From assembly GCF_902459465.1 (NCBI RefSeq), contig NC_047082.1, positions 868,001-932,000 on the forward strand: a stretch of DNA of 64,000 nucleotides, in the 5' to 3' direction. The notes below the pieces were generated by a model, which made no database searches, was not told where the DNA came from, and saw only the letters and a list, made by a program, of their open reading frames with translations. This document shows positions 48,016 to 59,279 of this stretch, piece by piece. The first letter of the stretch is position 1. The number at the start of each line of letters is the position of its first letter. The position numbers and the translations under genes are program-made. Source of the DNA: Asterias rubens (Eukaryota).

Positions 48016-51000
48016 CTATTCATAAATTGTGTTATCCACCCATCCGTCTTCCCCGTTTGTATCAATTTCTAATGAGAGTGGAAGCTCATCAGTGCTCGTA
48101 CTCCCATACAAACTATTGTCAACCCATTCAGTATCTGATTGCCCGTTTGGTTCTTCGTACTGTTTACCATCATACGCTGATGACACAGACACGTAATCGG
48201 GTATCGATTTCACGTCATCAGGTTCCGTGTTAACGTCACCAGGTGTCGTGTACACGTCATCTGGTGTCGTGTTTACGTCATCGTACACGTCATCGTATAC
48301 GTCATCTATACTTGGCTTTTGAAGAACGACTTCGGAGTATGTTTGAATATCCGGCGAGTCTTTAGCATTTTCATATATATTGTTTTTGAAAGTTGACTCC
48401 GTCTTGTCATTGGCAACTGCTGTAGATTTCTTGTCCATGGTGTTTCCTCTGCATATAAAATTGGAGACCAGAAATGTTGCGTTAGTCATTGATATGGTCC
48501 TACTGCTCATCTTTTGGAGATAACTTTTGTAAAGCATGTAAAGCTGATTTGGTTGACTTCGATATAGAAAAGCAGAATACTTGTCTAGTGGCTTTATTAC
48601 CCCAAATATACAGGTACATGTGCTTCTTAAAGTGGTTTCAAGGTTGAATTACTTGATGGAAAGATTACCTTTTCCTCTTCCAGAAAAATATGAGCATTAG
48701 GAGCAAGGCTATTGTGACGCTGAGCACAACCGCAACTGTTATTCCCGCGATCTGCCCTGGAAGACATAATTAGTGAATAATATAAAAAGGACAGATATAT
48801 TAAAAGTCTCGTGTTTTTTTTTGTTTTTTTTTTGGGGGGGCACAATATTTTACATTTACTTAACAAATTCAGATGGCCAACACCCGTCTATGACGTGCAG
48901 CGCATTAGGATGGACCAATGAGTGACCTTCCTTTGTCCTCTAGATGAGAGCGCCAAGTCTTTAGACATCACGGTGTGGGCTACTTGATTTTGCTCAATTC
49001 CAACTCATTGTAAACAAACTGGATGAGGTTGGACGAAATAATAATCTGGTGCCATGTTTGCGCAATGCATGTTAGCATTCATTACTGTTATGGAAACAGG
49101 AAACATGACCAAGATGGTGACAGCGTGATAAAGGTATATTGGCAGCATAACTCTATGGGTGCATTCGATTAGCTTCCCATGGTCGACCCCGATGTGGCGT
49201 ATTTTATTTTTATCCAGGACGAACGGTGGCACACAATTACCCCTCGTTCGTCGTGGAAAAGTCGCATACTTTGTTTTTTTTTTAGTACGAACGTGTGCAG
49301 ATGTTTACCCACGCCCCACCTGAAAAAAACCCCAGACGCATCATCACGTGAGCCTTCTCGTCGTGACTTCAGTGTACCTCGAGTCAGCCCCAAGTGACCC
49401 TATCCACAAGCGGGGCTCCTGGGGCTGGCCCGAGGTGCACTGACGTCACCACGGGAATGCTCATGTGATGACATGTCTGGGTTTTTTTTCCAGGTTCAAG
49501 GACGAACGTGGGGTAATTGTGTGCCCACGTTCGTCCTAGAAAAAAAAACCGCCACATCGGGGTAGACCCAGGGAAGCTAATCGAATGCACCCTTTGATTG
49601 GCAGTTGTTTTAATACCTAAATTTCCAGTTGATGGGAGTTGTAATGCAGTTGTTGCTTTGACTGTAGTGACCTCCATTGTCGGTGAAGTTTCACCACGTG
49701 TTATGCCATCAGTGTCGTGGCTGGTGGTAGCCTCTTCCGTGATCTCGGGAATACTTGATGTCACTACAGTTGTCATTGTCGTTGTCATTGTCGTTGTCAT
49801 TGTGGGTGCACTTGTCATTGTCGTCATTTCCATTGTAGTGACGGGCAGAGGCGTTGTCGTACCAGAAGTGGTTGTTTGAGCTGAACAAGACAAAATAGAA
49901 AGTGAAACCGATAGTGTGATTTTTCCCACTACCGCTTTAAGAGTTCCATAATGTATTTTGCTTTGTATACGACGATGTTCTGTAAACTGGGTTTATTATA
50001 ATGACTAACTGATACTTAGTGGCAAATTTGACCGTTGGCGTTGCCAATTTAATCATTGCATTGTTTTATAGCAATGAAAATTGATCACCTTATCGTTTTA
50101 AATCGTGGAGGTTTATGCCAGCATGTAAAGACGATGACCTATGTTTACATTCAAACCGTCTCTGTTGACAAAACACTGTATACGTCATGTTTCGCCGGGC
50201 AAAAAGACGCGTAGTCATGGTAAGATTGCATACACTTTCTAGCTGGTTGCCTAAACACAAAGGTTTTGCCCGGAGGTATGCACGCGAATCATGTTATGGT
50301 TTTCAAGTGACGTCAGAGGTCACATCGTCTATAGCAATGGAGGACGCAAGTTCAATGCAAACAAGGTTTCGATACTGATTACAAAGTTTACAAGTGTCCA
50401 GTGCTGATAAATATTTCCGTCTGAACTGATATATAATCCATGTAAAGGCACTGGATACGTTATGGTTATTGTCAAAGACCAGTATTCTCACTTGTTGTAC
50501 CCCAACATGCATAAAACAAAAACAACTGCGAAAATTTTGCCTCAATTCGAATTTGCAACAACACAATGAAAGAGAACAAAAAACACTTTGTTGCATTACT
50601 TTGTGTGCTTTAATTCATAAGCCTAAAAGGGCTTCATGGCTATAATTTGAATGAGAACCTACCTCTTTCTCAAAAACTACATTTACTTCAGAGGGAGCCG
50701 TTTCTCAATGTGTTATACTATCAACAGCTCTCCATTACTCATTGCCAAGTAAGTTTTCTAATGCTTACAAGTATTTTGAGTAATTACCAATAGTGTTCAG
50801 TGCCTTTAAAACCAGAAAGCGAAACTGGAAAGATGTTTCCGTTTCTAGGGGCTAAAATATTGACAATGTTGATATAGAAATAGTGTAACTCATTGTTCAA
50901 TAAATCATACCTTCACATGTTGGTACATCGTCACTCCACGTGGCAATATTGTCTACATTCCCACATGTTATATTTGCTGCACCTTGTAGACGAAACCCGG

Positions 51001-52192
51001 TGTCACAGTAGAAGTGGACAGTTGTCCCGAAGAACTTGTAGTTATTCAAGTTATAAGACAATTCCCATGGATTTGTGATTGATTGGTTTCCGTTTGCAGG
51101 GTCAACTGTATTAGTGCAGACTCCTTTTCTAACTATTTGAAAGATTTAATAGATTAAAATTAACATCTTTAATCGGTGATAAAGAATATTAATTTTGGTT
51201 TTACTTATTTAACACTGTATACTATACTTTCCCAGGCATATTACTCGGGTGGGATTCGAACCCACGACCCATTTGTAATTCTAGAGCAGTGTCAAACAAA
51301 CTAGACCACTGAGATTGCCCTGTATTTGAAAGATGCAGAAAATAATTGATGGTTCTAACAAAAATGACACGGGTCAACGTGAGGCAGAATACAGTGCATG
51401 TTTCTTTTGTTTGTTTTAACACTTCCCGGGTCATTCTAACCCGGGAACTGGGTCAGGTCCAACTTAATAGCCTTAATTTCACAGCCAACTTACTTTCATA
51501 GATAGATATCCGTTCGGAGTCTCCGCACAACTGGTCTTTATTTCCCGTACAAGGATCTTCACATTCTCCAGGCCTTTCACCATGTCTGCCATAATCATCA
51601 TTACTTCCACAGAAACATTCATATTCAAATTCCAGACCGGCGTATTTGTCTTTACGGATACCTTGCTGCCAATCCAGACATTGTTTGAAACATCTTTCCA
51701 CGGACTGTTTATCATATGAGTCGAAAGGGCCATAATTTAGCGCACGATTCCATACTACGTCTCTAAAACATTCCAGAAAGCCAGGGCCTATATGAAACAA
51801 ATCAAACAAACAAACAAACATAAAACAAATGAAAACAATATATTTGAATGGAGGGAGATGTTGAAAGTGTTAATAAATTGAGAAAATAATACATGTATAT
51901 ACGTTAAGTGAGTTATTGTCCCGTTGTATTGCGACAACTAATTACAAAATTAACTTGTTTTATTAGGCCTTCTGTCTGCGAATCGGAGGTGCTCCTCCTC
52001 TCATTCCATATAATTCATTTTTAGTGGACACTCTCCCAGACAAAATTCATTAAAATTTGTTATAGTGTGATTGGGTGTAGATGATGAATGACCGAAGACA
52101 TAAACTCACCGTTTTGGGCCATCGATAACACAAGTTGGAAAGATAGAACCAACACCAATACCTTTACATACAGAGAAACAAAAGATCCCATC
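48016..52192 (-). CDS. Type-I membrane receptor B (paralog of A); 6 exons, ~460 aa if a 1-nt frameshift in exon 1 is corrected
   Basis: Exons (-): 52192-52110 (leader, 83 nt instead of the 82 needed), 51787-51494 (WSC), 51132-50911 (CCP), 49880-49617 (Thr-rich), 48756-48669 (TM GQIAGITVAVVLSVTIALLLMLIFFWKRKR), 48448-48016 (tail ending WVDNTIYE). Same exon order and phases as receptor A. Confidence 0.83.
49157..49592. mobile_element. Near-palindromic TIR MITE; related copy at ~6494-6735
   Basis: GGGTGCATTCGATTAGCTTCCC..GGTCGACCCCGATGTGGCG ... CGCCACATCGGGGTAGACCCAGGGAAGCTAATCGAATGCACCC; the 6494 copy has the same TIR. Confidence 0.8.
50442..50809. mobile_element. Same MITE family as 31126-31512 (in an intron of receptor B)
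   Basis: AAAGGCACTGG...TTGTCAAAGACCAG ... GTAATTACCAATAGTGTTCAGTGCCT|TTAA. Confidence 0.8.
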
Positions 52193-54025
52193 GTCCTTTT
52201 TTTAAAGATGAGCCGCCAGTTGAGAAGAAAATGAGACGAGTCTTTATTCGATGTGCTGTCACATTATACAAAAAACAACATCTGTTCAAGCATGTGCATC
52301 ACTGCATCAGAGGGCTTTATATTGTGCACCATCATATTTTTTAATTTTATTTTGTTGGCTGCTACCGCAGTACACTTCTAGACAAAAAATGGTCTGATAT
52401 GATATTTAAGGCTACATTTTGTTTCCGGGTTCAACAGTTGTTTACATAAAATATTGCTTGGTGAATCTTATCTCGCCTTACATAACATATTCCAAGATAT
52501 GCTTTGTGAAGCCATCTGAGCGTTTCTCGTGTTTTCACACGAGAAACGTCATTAAAGGCTTCACCATACCAACAGCGTCGTCGTGGTAAAGTTGAAAGTC
52601 CAAGGGTAATGATAACCAACAGTCCCATGATTCCTTATGGAACAAAACAAACGCATGTGATGGATGAAATTTGTGGTAGCTAAAGCCCTAAGTTTGTATC
52701 AATATAACATTGTGTGTGACACTTGCACACTAACCTGAGCCCAATTTCAAAGAGCTGCGAAAAGTAACCTTAGCAAAAACAAAACTGCTTACCAGAATAA
52801 GGCTACCAGCCAAACTACCATGTTACATGTAAAAATTTGTGACTGGTATCATGCTAAATTCTGCTAAGCAGAATTGATTCAAGCAATTATTTAAGCAGGT
52901 CTATGAAATTTGGCCCGGGCATTATAGACAAGAATCAGTTTAAACACATTTTCATTTGAAAGTTGTTCCCTAATAATAATACAAACTTTGTTGTCAATTA
53001 AGTTAATATGTTAGTAAAAGCATGAGCTTTATTTTCGTATGAAGCGTTTTCTTTGCACAATTACGTTGACACAAAGTGTAGAGTACATACAAATAATAAC
53101 AACGTGTTACTTGTGTAAAATAACCAACTTGTTCTTTACAATAAAACTCGAAGAAAAAAACCCAGATCAACTTCACTGTCGTGTAGTGGCTTATGCAATT
53201 TGTTTAAAGCAATATTATGCAAACAAAAATCAAATCATATAAACATGTTGTGATTATACAATGGGCTTTTTATATAGCGCCATTCCATTATAGACCTCAT
53301 TATAATTCGATAATGAAGCAGAAATTAAGCAGTAATACCAATTCAAAACAACTAGCATTTTCTTGAAGACATAGTTTGAAATTCAGATAAAATTTGGCAG
53401 GCGTTCTTTCAGTTCCAATAGCTTTAACATTGCAATGCTGTTGTACAATGTATACACGGTGGCGGGTAAAATAATTTATCAGTTCAACTCTTTGTTAAAT
53501 CTCCCCCCCCCCCAACCCCAATCCCTTATAATGTAGACTTTTTTATTTTAAGTACAACTGATTTGTTGTATAATGTACCCTTTTTTAAGAAGGTGACTGA
53601 CAATTAAATGTACCCAAACACTAATTTTGTATTTCCAAATCGAAGTTTGCCAAATTGAAGTACAAACGCATGAAGTGTTATAATCTATTTCAACCTTAAC
53701 ACCGACTAAGCACTGTATACTCAGTGCTTGAAAAGTGTGTGTGTGATTGTCAAACCTTTCAGTAATTAAATACAATATTTTATGGTTACATGTTTCACTC
53801 TCGGTTTCACTCTAATTGACTTTATTTACAAAGGATATGATGATTACAGATGTTGAACTCTCTGAACGCATCCGACAGAAGAATTGAGGTAAGCTTGCAG
53901 ATACAATTGTTACAACAACAATATTGATTCAAACTGAAGCCCGCATAGACTCAAGGGTAAACAAATATGATTTTGTTCAAACATAATTATTTCTCTCTTA
54001 CTTTGTTAGGTCGAACGAACAAAAC

Positions 54026-54398
54026 CTAACAGACCCACACTAGTGTAATAACAGGCACGCCATTGCCTTGTACTCTAAAGCATTCACTGTCCTTATTGTT
54101 CATTGTTGGTGTCGATGTCGTCGTTGTCAATGTCGTTGTCGGTGTCTCTGTCGCTGTTGTTGTCGCTGTTGATGTTGTTGCTGTCGATGTTGTTGCTGTC
54201 GATGTTGTTGCTGTCGATGTCGTTGTCGCAGTCGATGTTGTCGCTGTCGATGTTGTTACTGCCGATGTTGTTGCTGTCGATGTTGTGGTTGCTGTCGTTT
54301 TCATTGTCGATGTCGTTGTCGATTGCATTGTCGCTGTTGTTGTCGTTGTCGATGTAAGTGTCAATGTTTTTGTTGTTCTTGTTTTGGAATTATGGTAA
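54026..54398 (-). other. Orphan Thr-rich (TTSTA)n reading frame / 15-bp GTC-GTT-rich tandem repeat between receptors A and B
   Basis: The ORF track gives a ~112-aa almost pure Thr/Ser/Ala frame on the same strand as the receptors; no convincing splice acceptor found. Confidence 0.4.
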
Positions 54399-54512
54399 AC
54401 TCATTTGCCGACTCGTCTATAGATCAATCCCAGCTTTTAGTGAAATTTACCGCAGGATTTAAATCCAATGCCCATAATATTTTGATATACATAGCTATAT
54501 AAGTATTGCATA

Positions 54513-57500
54513 TTATTCGTAAATAATATTTTCAACCCATCCTGGCTGTTCTTCCATGGTTGTTAAGGCCCCAACATGCTCGTCGTTTAGATCATTGTTC
54601 CTCATCTCTGACTCGTCTTTCAATGCTGAACTATCATACAGGATATTGTCAACCAATCCGGTTTCATTTTCGTCTTCATTTGAAGAAGGCTGGATATCTA
54701 AGTTAACTTCATACGCCGACTCCGCTGCTAAATTAGTGACGTCATCGGGATTCGCGTACACGTTTTCGTTTTTAGTCCGGTTCTTGATAACTTGACTGTA
54801 TACTGGTATAGTTGAGGCTTGGTTTGGTTCTGTGCTGACGACGTCAGAGTCTCTTTGGGTCTGGTTGATGGTGGATGTAACTTCAGCCATTGCCACGTCA
54901 GAGCTTGCGTTTCTCTTGTTGTCTCTGACAGATAAACAAAAATGCACACAGTTATAACTGCGTTTTACAGGTTCATGTTGGAGCACTTCTAGCCCCGTAT
55001 ATACGTGGCAGGTGGCATAATAGGGAAGTTTCGCACGCGAACGGATACGTATACGCATACGTTTACTCCGTAACCTACTTACGTGTAGCAAGCAGGATAT
55101 CAGTGTCGTCTACACGTATAGCAGATAGCGAGTAGCGTATGACATCATAATGATAACGTATCTGACGCACTAACCGTATCCGTTCGCATGCGAAACCTCC
55201 CTAATTTGAAGTTGCTCAACACCATTAGTTGAAAGTAATTAGAATTGCCTATATTTGACATCTCTTTCACCAAAAGGAAATACAGTGCATTGAGCCATCG
55301 TTGAAACTCCCAAATTACCCATACTAAAGCTTTCGAAGGTTACGGGTTGAGATAATGGATGGTTTCGATTTAAAAACGAAACGAAGTGTTTTACCTGGTG
55401 TCCCTGTTAATATTTAGGAGCATTGGTTGATATGTCATGACATTTAACTTGCTATATGACAATGTCAAACACACGGAAATAACCACTCATATAGGAAGTT
55501 ATTCGCTTCCTTTAACCCTTTCGAGGAAGTGTACCAATCACCCTTTATGTTTTTTTTTAATTGTGTTAATAAATTGGATTATTGATGTAGACCTACATTG
55601 TTTAAATACATGAACGTATTCATTTATGTATATTGAAGATTTTCTAACAATACAAGTAAAACAAATTTGAAATTAGAATTAGTTGTTGTAAACTGCTAAC
55701 CAGCCAAAAGGATGGTATAAATACAAAACTAGTTAGTGGTGAGACGTTTCGAACCTGGCAGAATCATGGCCTTTTCGAAACGACGGCTTCGTCTTTGGAT
55801 TCGGCTAGCTCAGGCTTGCTTAGCCCGCAGGTTGTTCTGAAGTGCGTACGCGCCCAGGGCTTCAGACGAGAGAACGGAGCCTCAAACCGAAGCCGTAGTT
55901 TCGAAAAGGGCCTATCTTGAAGGCCTAAACCAAGATATGGTTACATGTTACGTTTCCTCAGATATTGAGTGTTCTATTTACCTCCTTCGGAAAAGAATTA
56001 TGACAACTACCGGAAGAATAACCAAAGCTGAGATCACTCCAACACTTGTTCCTATAATAGTCCCTGTGGGATAGTATAGAAGAAAAAACATTCAAACGTA
56101 CCGATGCAACTCTTTGGAATCCCAAATCAACACTTTCCTAAATTCATTTCTTTCTTTCGAAATTGTTTATTTTATTTTATTTTGAAAGATATAGACATCG
56201 TTGTTATTTTGTTTTGCTTCTCCTTAAACTTGCCATTGAGTAAATTCATTCCCATCCTCAGGATTTTAATGAAAATGAACGGTATTCTTGTTCTATTAGA
56301 TGTTAAATTTGCATCGTGGATAAAGAATATTAATTTTGGTTTTCCTCATATAGACACCAATGCGTGTTAGCACTGTAATAGGCCTACTCAGAACTTTGCC
56401 GAGTTCTGTGAATTTTTTTCTTTTTACTCGGGTATGATTCCAACCAACGACCTTTGCGATTCTATAGAGGGGTTGTACAGTAAAAAAATAAATAATAATG
56501 GTCCAGTAATAATGTATTCTAAAAAATGAGATATCAAGAGAGGGCCTGGAAACACGGTTTGTGGACTAAATGTATGTCAGTGATTTGATGAAAGAACATT
56601 GATATTTGTTTGAAGCTTTGCATGGTCTGGATAAATTGGAAGCAACTATAAATAAATAGTAAACTTGCGGGTACAACCATATGAAATATCGTTAGTAGGC
56701 CTAAGAGTGTTGACTTTGAAAAGATACGGTGTGGTCTCGACGTTTCGAACAGATCTCTGCTCATCTTCAGGAGAAATCAGGACTACTGGGCCCAAGTTCA
56801 TAGAGATGCCTAAGCAAAATATTTTGCTAAAACCATTTTCTGCTCAGCAAAAATGAGCAGGATACGAATCACAAACTTTACATGCGATATATAAGTTTGG
56901 CTGGTAACCATATTCTGGTAAGCAACATTTTATTGTGCTTAGCTACTTGTTGTGCTTAAGCAGCTCTATGAAATTGGGCCATGGTGGTGATTGAACATTG
57001 TTATGATGATATTTACAACGATTGCTCGGTAGATTTCTCTGCAACATTGGAACAGCTGTGGTATGTGGAATTTAGTAAACGTATACCTGTTTTGGATGCT
57101 TGTGGGTTATTGGGTATCTCTCGCCCATCAGTGGTGTCACCAGGGTTACTCGATGGCCCTCCCGACGAGGCGGTCACTACCATGTTGTTAGTCTGGTTCG
57201 TAGTCGTGGGCACTACACTTGTAACTGTGTGTGAAACAGTTGTCATTGCCATGGGTGTGTTATTAGTCTGGGTCGTTGTCGGGGGCGATGCTGTGTATGA
57301 AAAAGTTGTCGGTGGTACAACTATAATATGGAAAAGGACGGATACTTAATGTCACTCATTTATATTAATAGGATTTGATTGTTTTTGTTTTCAAGCCCTA
57401 TACTTCACGGATCCAACAAATGTGATTGACTCCATGCCCCCTGGTCATTGCATGCCTTGTGCCCTTGAAATGCTCCAGTAAAAAATTACAATTTCATCAA

Positions 57501-59127
57501 TAGGGTGCCCTTTATACCAATGGAAAAAATGCCTTGGTGCCCCTGCCCTTTCAAAAACCAATGACACAGGCCCGTGTTTTACTATTAGCGATTAAGTACA
57601 CCCCATTGAATTTCCTAACATCCATACTGTAAGTCTTTGGTTTTGTAAACCACACTGAAAGTAGTCGTAGTGAAGTTAAGAGTAATGTAAGTGACAGTTT
57701 CATGCTATTTTGAACTTTACCTGCTGTACATGTTGGTACAGAGTTGCTCCATTCTGCAGTGTTACCACTCCGTGTGCATTCGATAGAATCTTCACCTTGA
57801 ATAACGTGTCCAGGGTCACACTCGAAGCGTACACAGGTACCAAAGAACTTGTAGTTTGCTAAACTATAAGAGACGTGGGTAGGATTTGTGACTTCATGGC
57901 TCCCGTGGGCTGGTGGGCCAATTACATTATTGCAAACTCCTTGGGAAACTGAAATTCAAACACACATGATGTTGTCCTAGTAATACCGGTTATTCTGATT
58001 AAACATGCTTGTGTCGCTGCAGCAATCATTATTTTGTACATTCACTTTTGCTTTTTAAAATCAGCCTAAATCATTCAAACAAGCATTTAAATGGACTTCA
58101 TACAAAACAGACAATATTTTAAAAGTGTTGTGTGATCTACAATACACTTGCAATGATTATGCATTAGATGTCCCATTTCCCTTTAACTTCTCCTGGGTTG
58201 GTACTTGAATTTGTCAGCGCTCAATCGGCCCGGGCAGAATTAACAAAGTAAAACACCTTTGCTGTATAGTTGAGTTTTTAACTCAAGAACTTTCAACGAG
58301 CAGTTTCCTCTTGCATCCAATTCAACCAGCTATCCGATTATAAGTAAGTGGAACTTACTTTGGTAGATCGCTATTCGCCAAGTATCACCGCAGTATTGGT
58401 TGGAGTTGCCTGGACAAATATTCCGGCACTCTGAATCTGCTGCTGTCCCACGTCTTCCATAATCCTCGTTGTTTCCGCAGTAACATTCACGCGTATATTC
58501 GACACCAGCATATTTATTTGATCTACTGCCACAGTAATTGAAACACCACTCCACGGACAAGCTGTCGGAGGTTGTTGAATCCCCTCTCAAATTCCGACCA
58601 CCATTCAATAACCTACCATCTTCAAAGCACCCCAAATATCCGGGACCTATAAAACGACACAAAACGTAGATAACCACAAATTGTTGTGCAATATTATCGC
58701 AATGATCCAAAAGAGATTATTTCACATAGGAGATAAACGTACTACATTTCAATCATGCTATTGAGAGTGATGGGGGAAATGCTTTATTTTTGTTGGGGAA
58801 AAAAAAATCATTATTTCGCGGTGCACTGTTTTACAGAGCACATGAGTAAGGCACGTTATTTTTGATAACACGAATACGGATTACTAGAAAAAAATATAAT
58901 AGCAGTGAGTTTATACCTTACCATAGACCACACAAGTTATCGGTTTATTTATAAATGGCACAAGTTGTGTACTGTGAAGGCAATATTATTATTTTAATAA
59001 ACACTGATTTTCAAACTGTGTATTAAAGAGAGATTTGCTTACCGGTAGCCTGCGCATTTGATGACGTCATTAGTTGATAAACCAACGCCGTCCAAATTAG
59101 TGCAGCTCCATACGATGTATGAAGCAT
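54513..59127 (-). CDS. Type-I membrane receptor A: signal peptide, WSC, Sushi/CCP, Thr-rich stalk, TM, Tyr-motif tail; 6 exons, ~442 aa
   Basis: Exons (-): 59127-59043 (MLHTSYGAALIWTALVYQLMTSSNAQAT), 58646-58359 (WSC, 8 Cys, YAGVEYTRECYCG), 57948-57721 (CCP, C..P..FFGT.V.F.C.PG...C...W....P.C), 57320-57087 (Thr/Pro-rich), 56063-55982 (TM GTIIGTSVGVISALVILPVVVIILFRR), 54924-54513 (tail). 1329 nt, open, all GT-AG. Confidence 0.87.
55023..55201. mobile_element. Short TIR MITE in the last intron of receptor A
   Basis: TA|GGGAAGTTTCGCACGCGAACGGATACG ... CCGTATCCGTTCGCATGCGAAACCTCCC|TA. Confidence 0.75.
55768..55912. mobile_element. Short TIR MITE inserted into a Penelope-like terminal motif
   Basis: GGCCTTTTCGAAACGACGGCTTCG ... 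CCGAAGCCGTAGTTTCGAAAAGGGCC. Confidence 0.75.
56735..56774 (-). ncRNA. Minimal type-I hammerhead ribozyme motif (Penelope-like element pLTR type)
   Basis: Minus strand reads UCUC-CUGAAGA-U-GAGCAG(AGAU)CUGUUC-GAAA-CGUC-GAGA: conserved core, 6-bp stem II, palindromic ACGU in place of helix III and a 4-bp stem I. Confidence 0.65.
56788..56982. mobile_element. ~190-bp MITE family (GGCCCAATTTCATAGAGCTGC TIR); other copies at ~23647-23855, ~32620-32812, ~37745-37905 and ~52738-52918
   Basis: Shared body GAGCAGGATACCAGTCACAAATTGTACATGTGACATGGTAGTTTGGCTGGTAACC and terminal CTCTATGAAATTGGGCC in five places. Confidence 0.75.
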
Positions 59128-59279
59128 TGTTTTGGATCCAAATGCCTGAAATCAAGTTGTACAAATAACTGGCTTGAATATTTGTATCTGTGAGTTTTGT
59201 ATTGTACTGGGAGTGATTTACTTCAATCCTTGTGTCGGACTACACTTGCAAAGTTTCTATTGTATTATAAGTCATGCAA

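Noticed and set aside
47550-48233. 227-aa plus-strand ORF and overlapping Cys/His-rich ORFs
   Set aside because: They run through a stop-poor TIR element with subrepeats and the antisense of the receptor B tail.
53834-53888. Plus-strand 55-nt exon-like block (AG|...GAG|GTAAGC)
   Set aside because: Isolated, with no partner exons or meaningful peptide; such sites arise by chance.
54925-55091. N-terminal part of the listed 192-aa ORF (54513-55091)
   Set aside because: Intronic and derived from a MITE; the exon begins at the acceptor at 54924.
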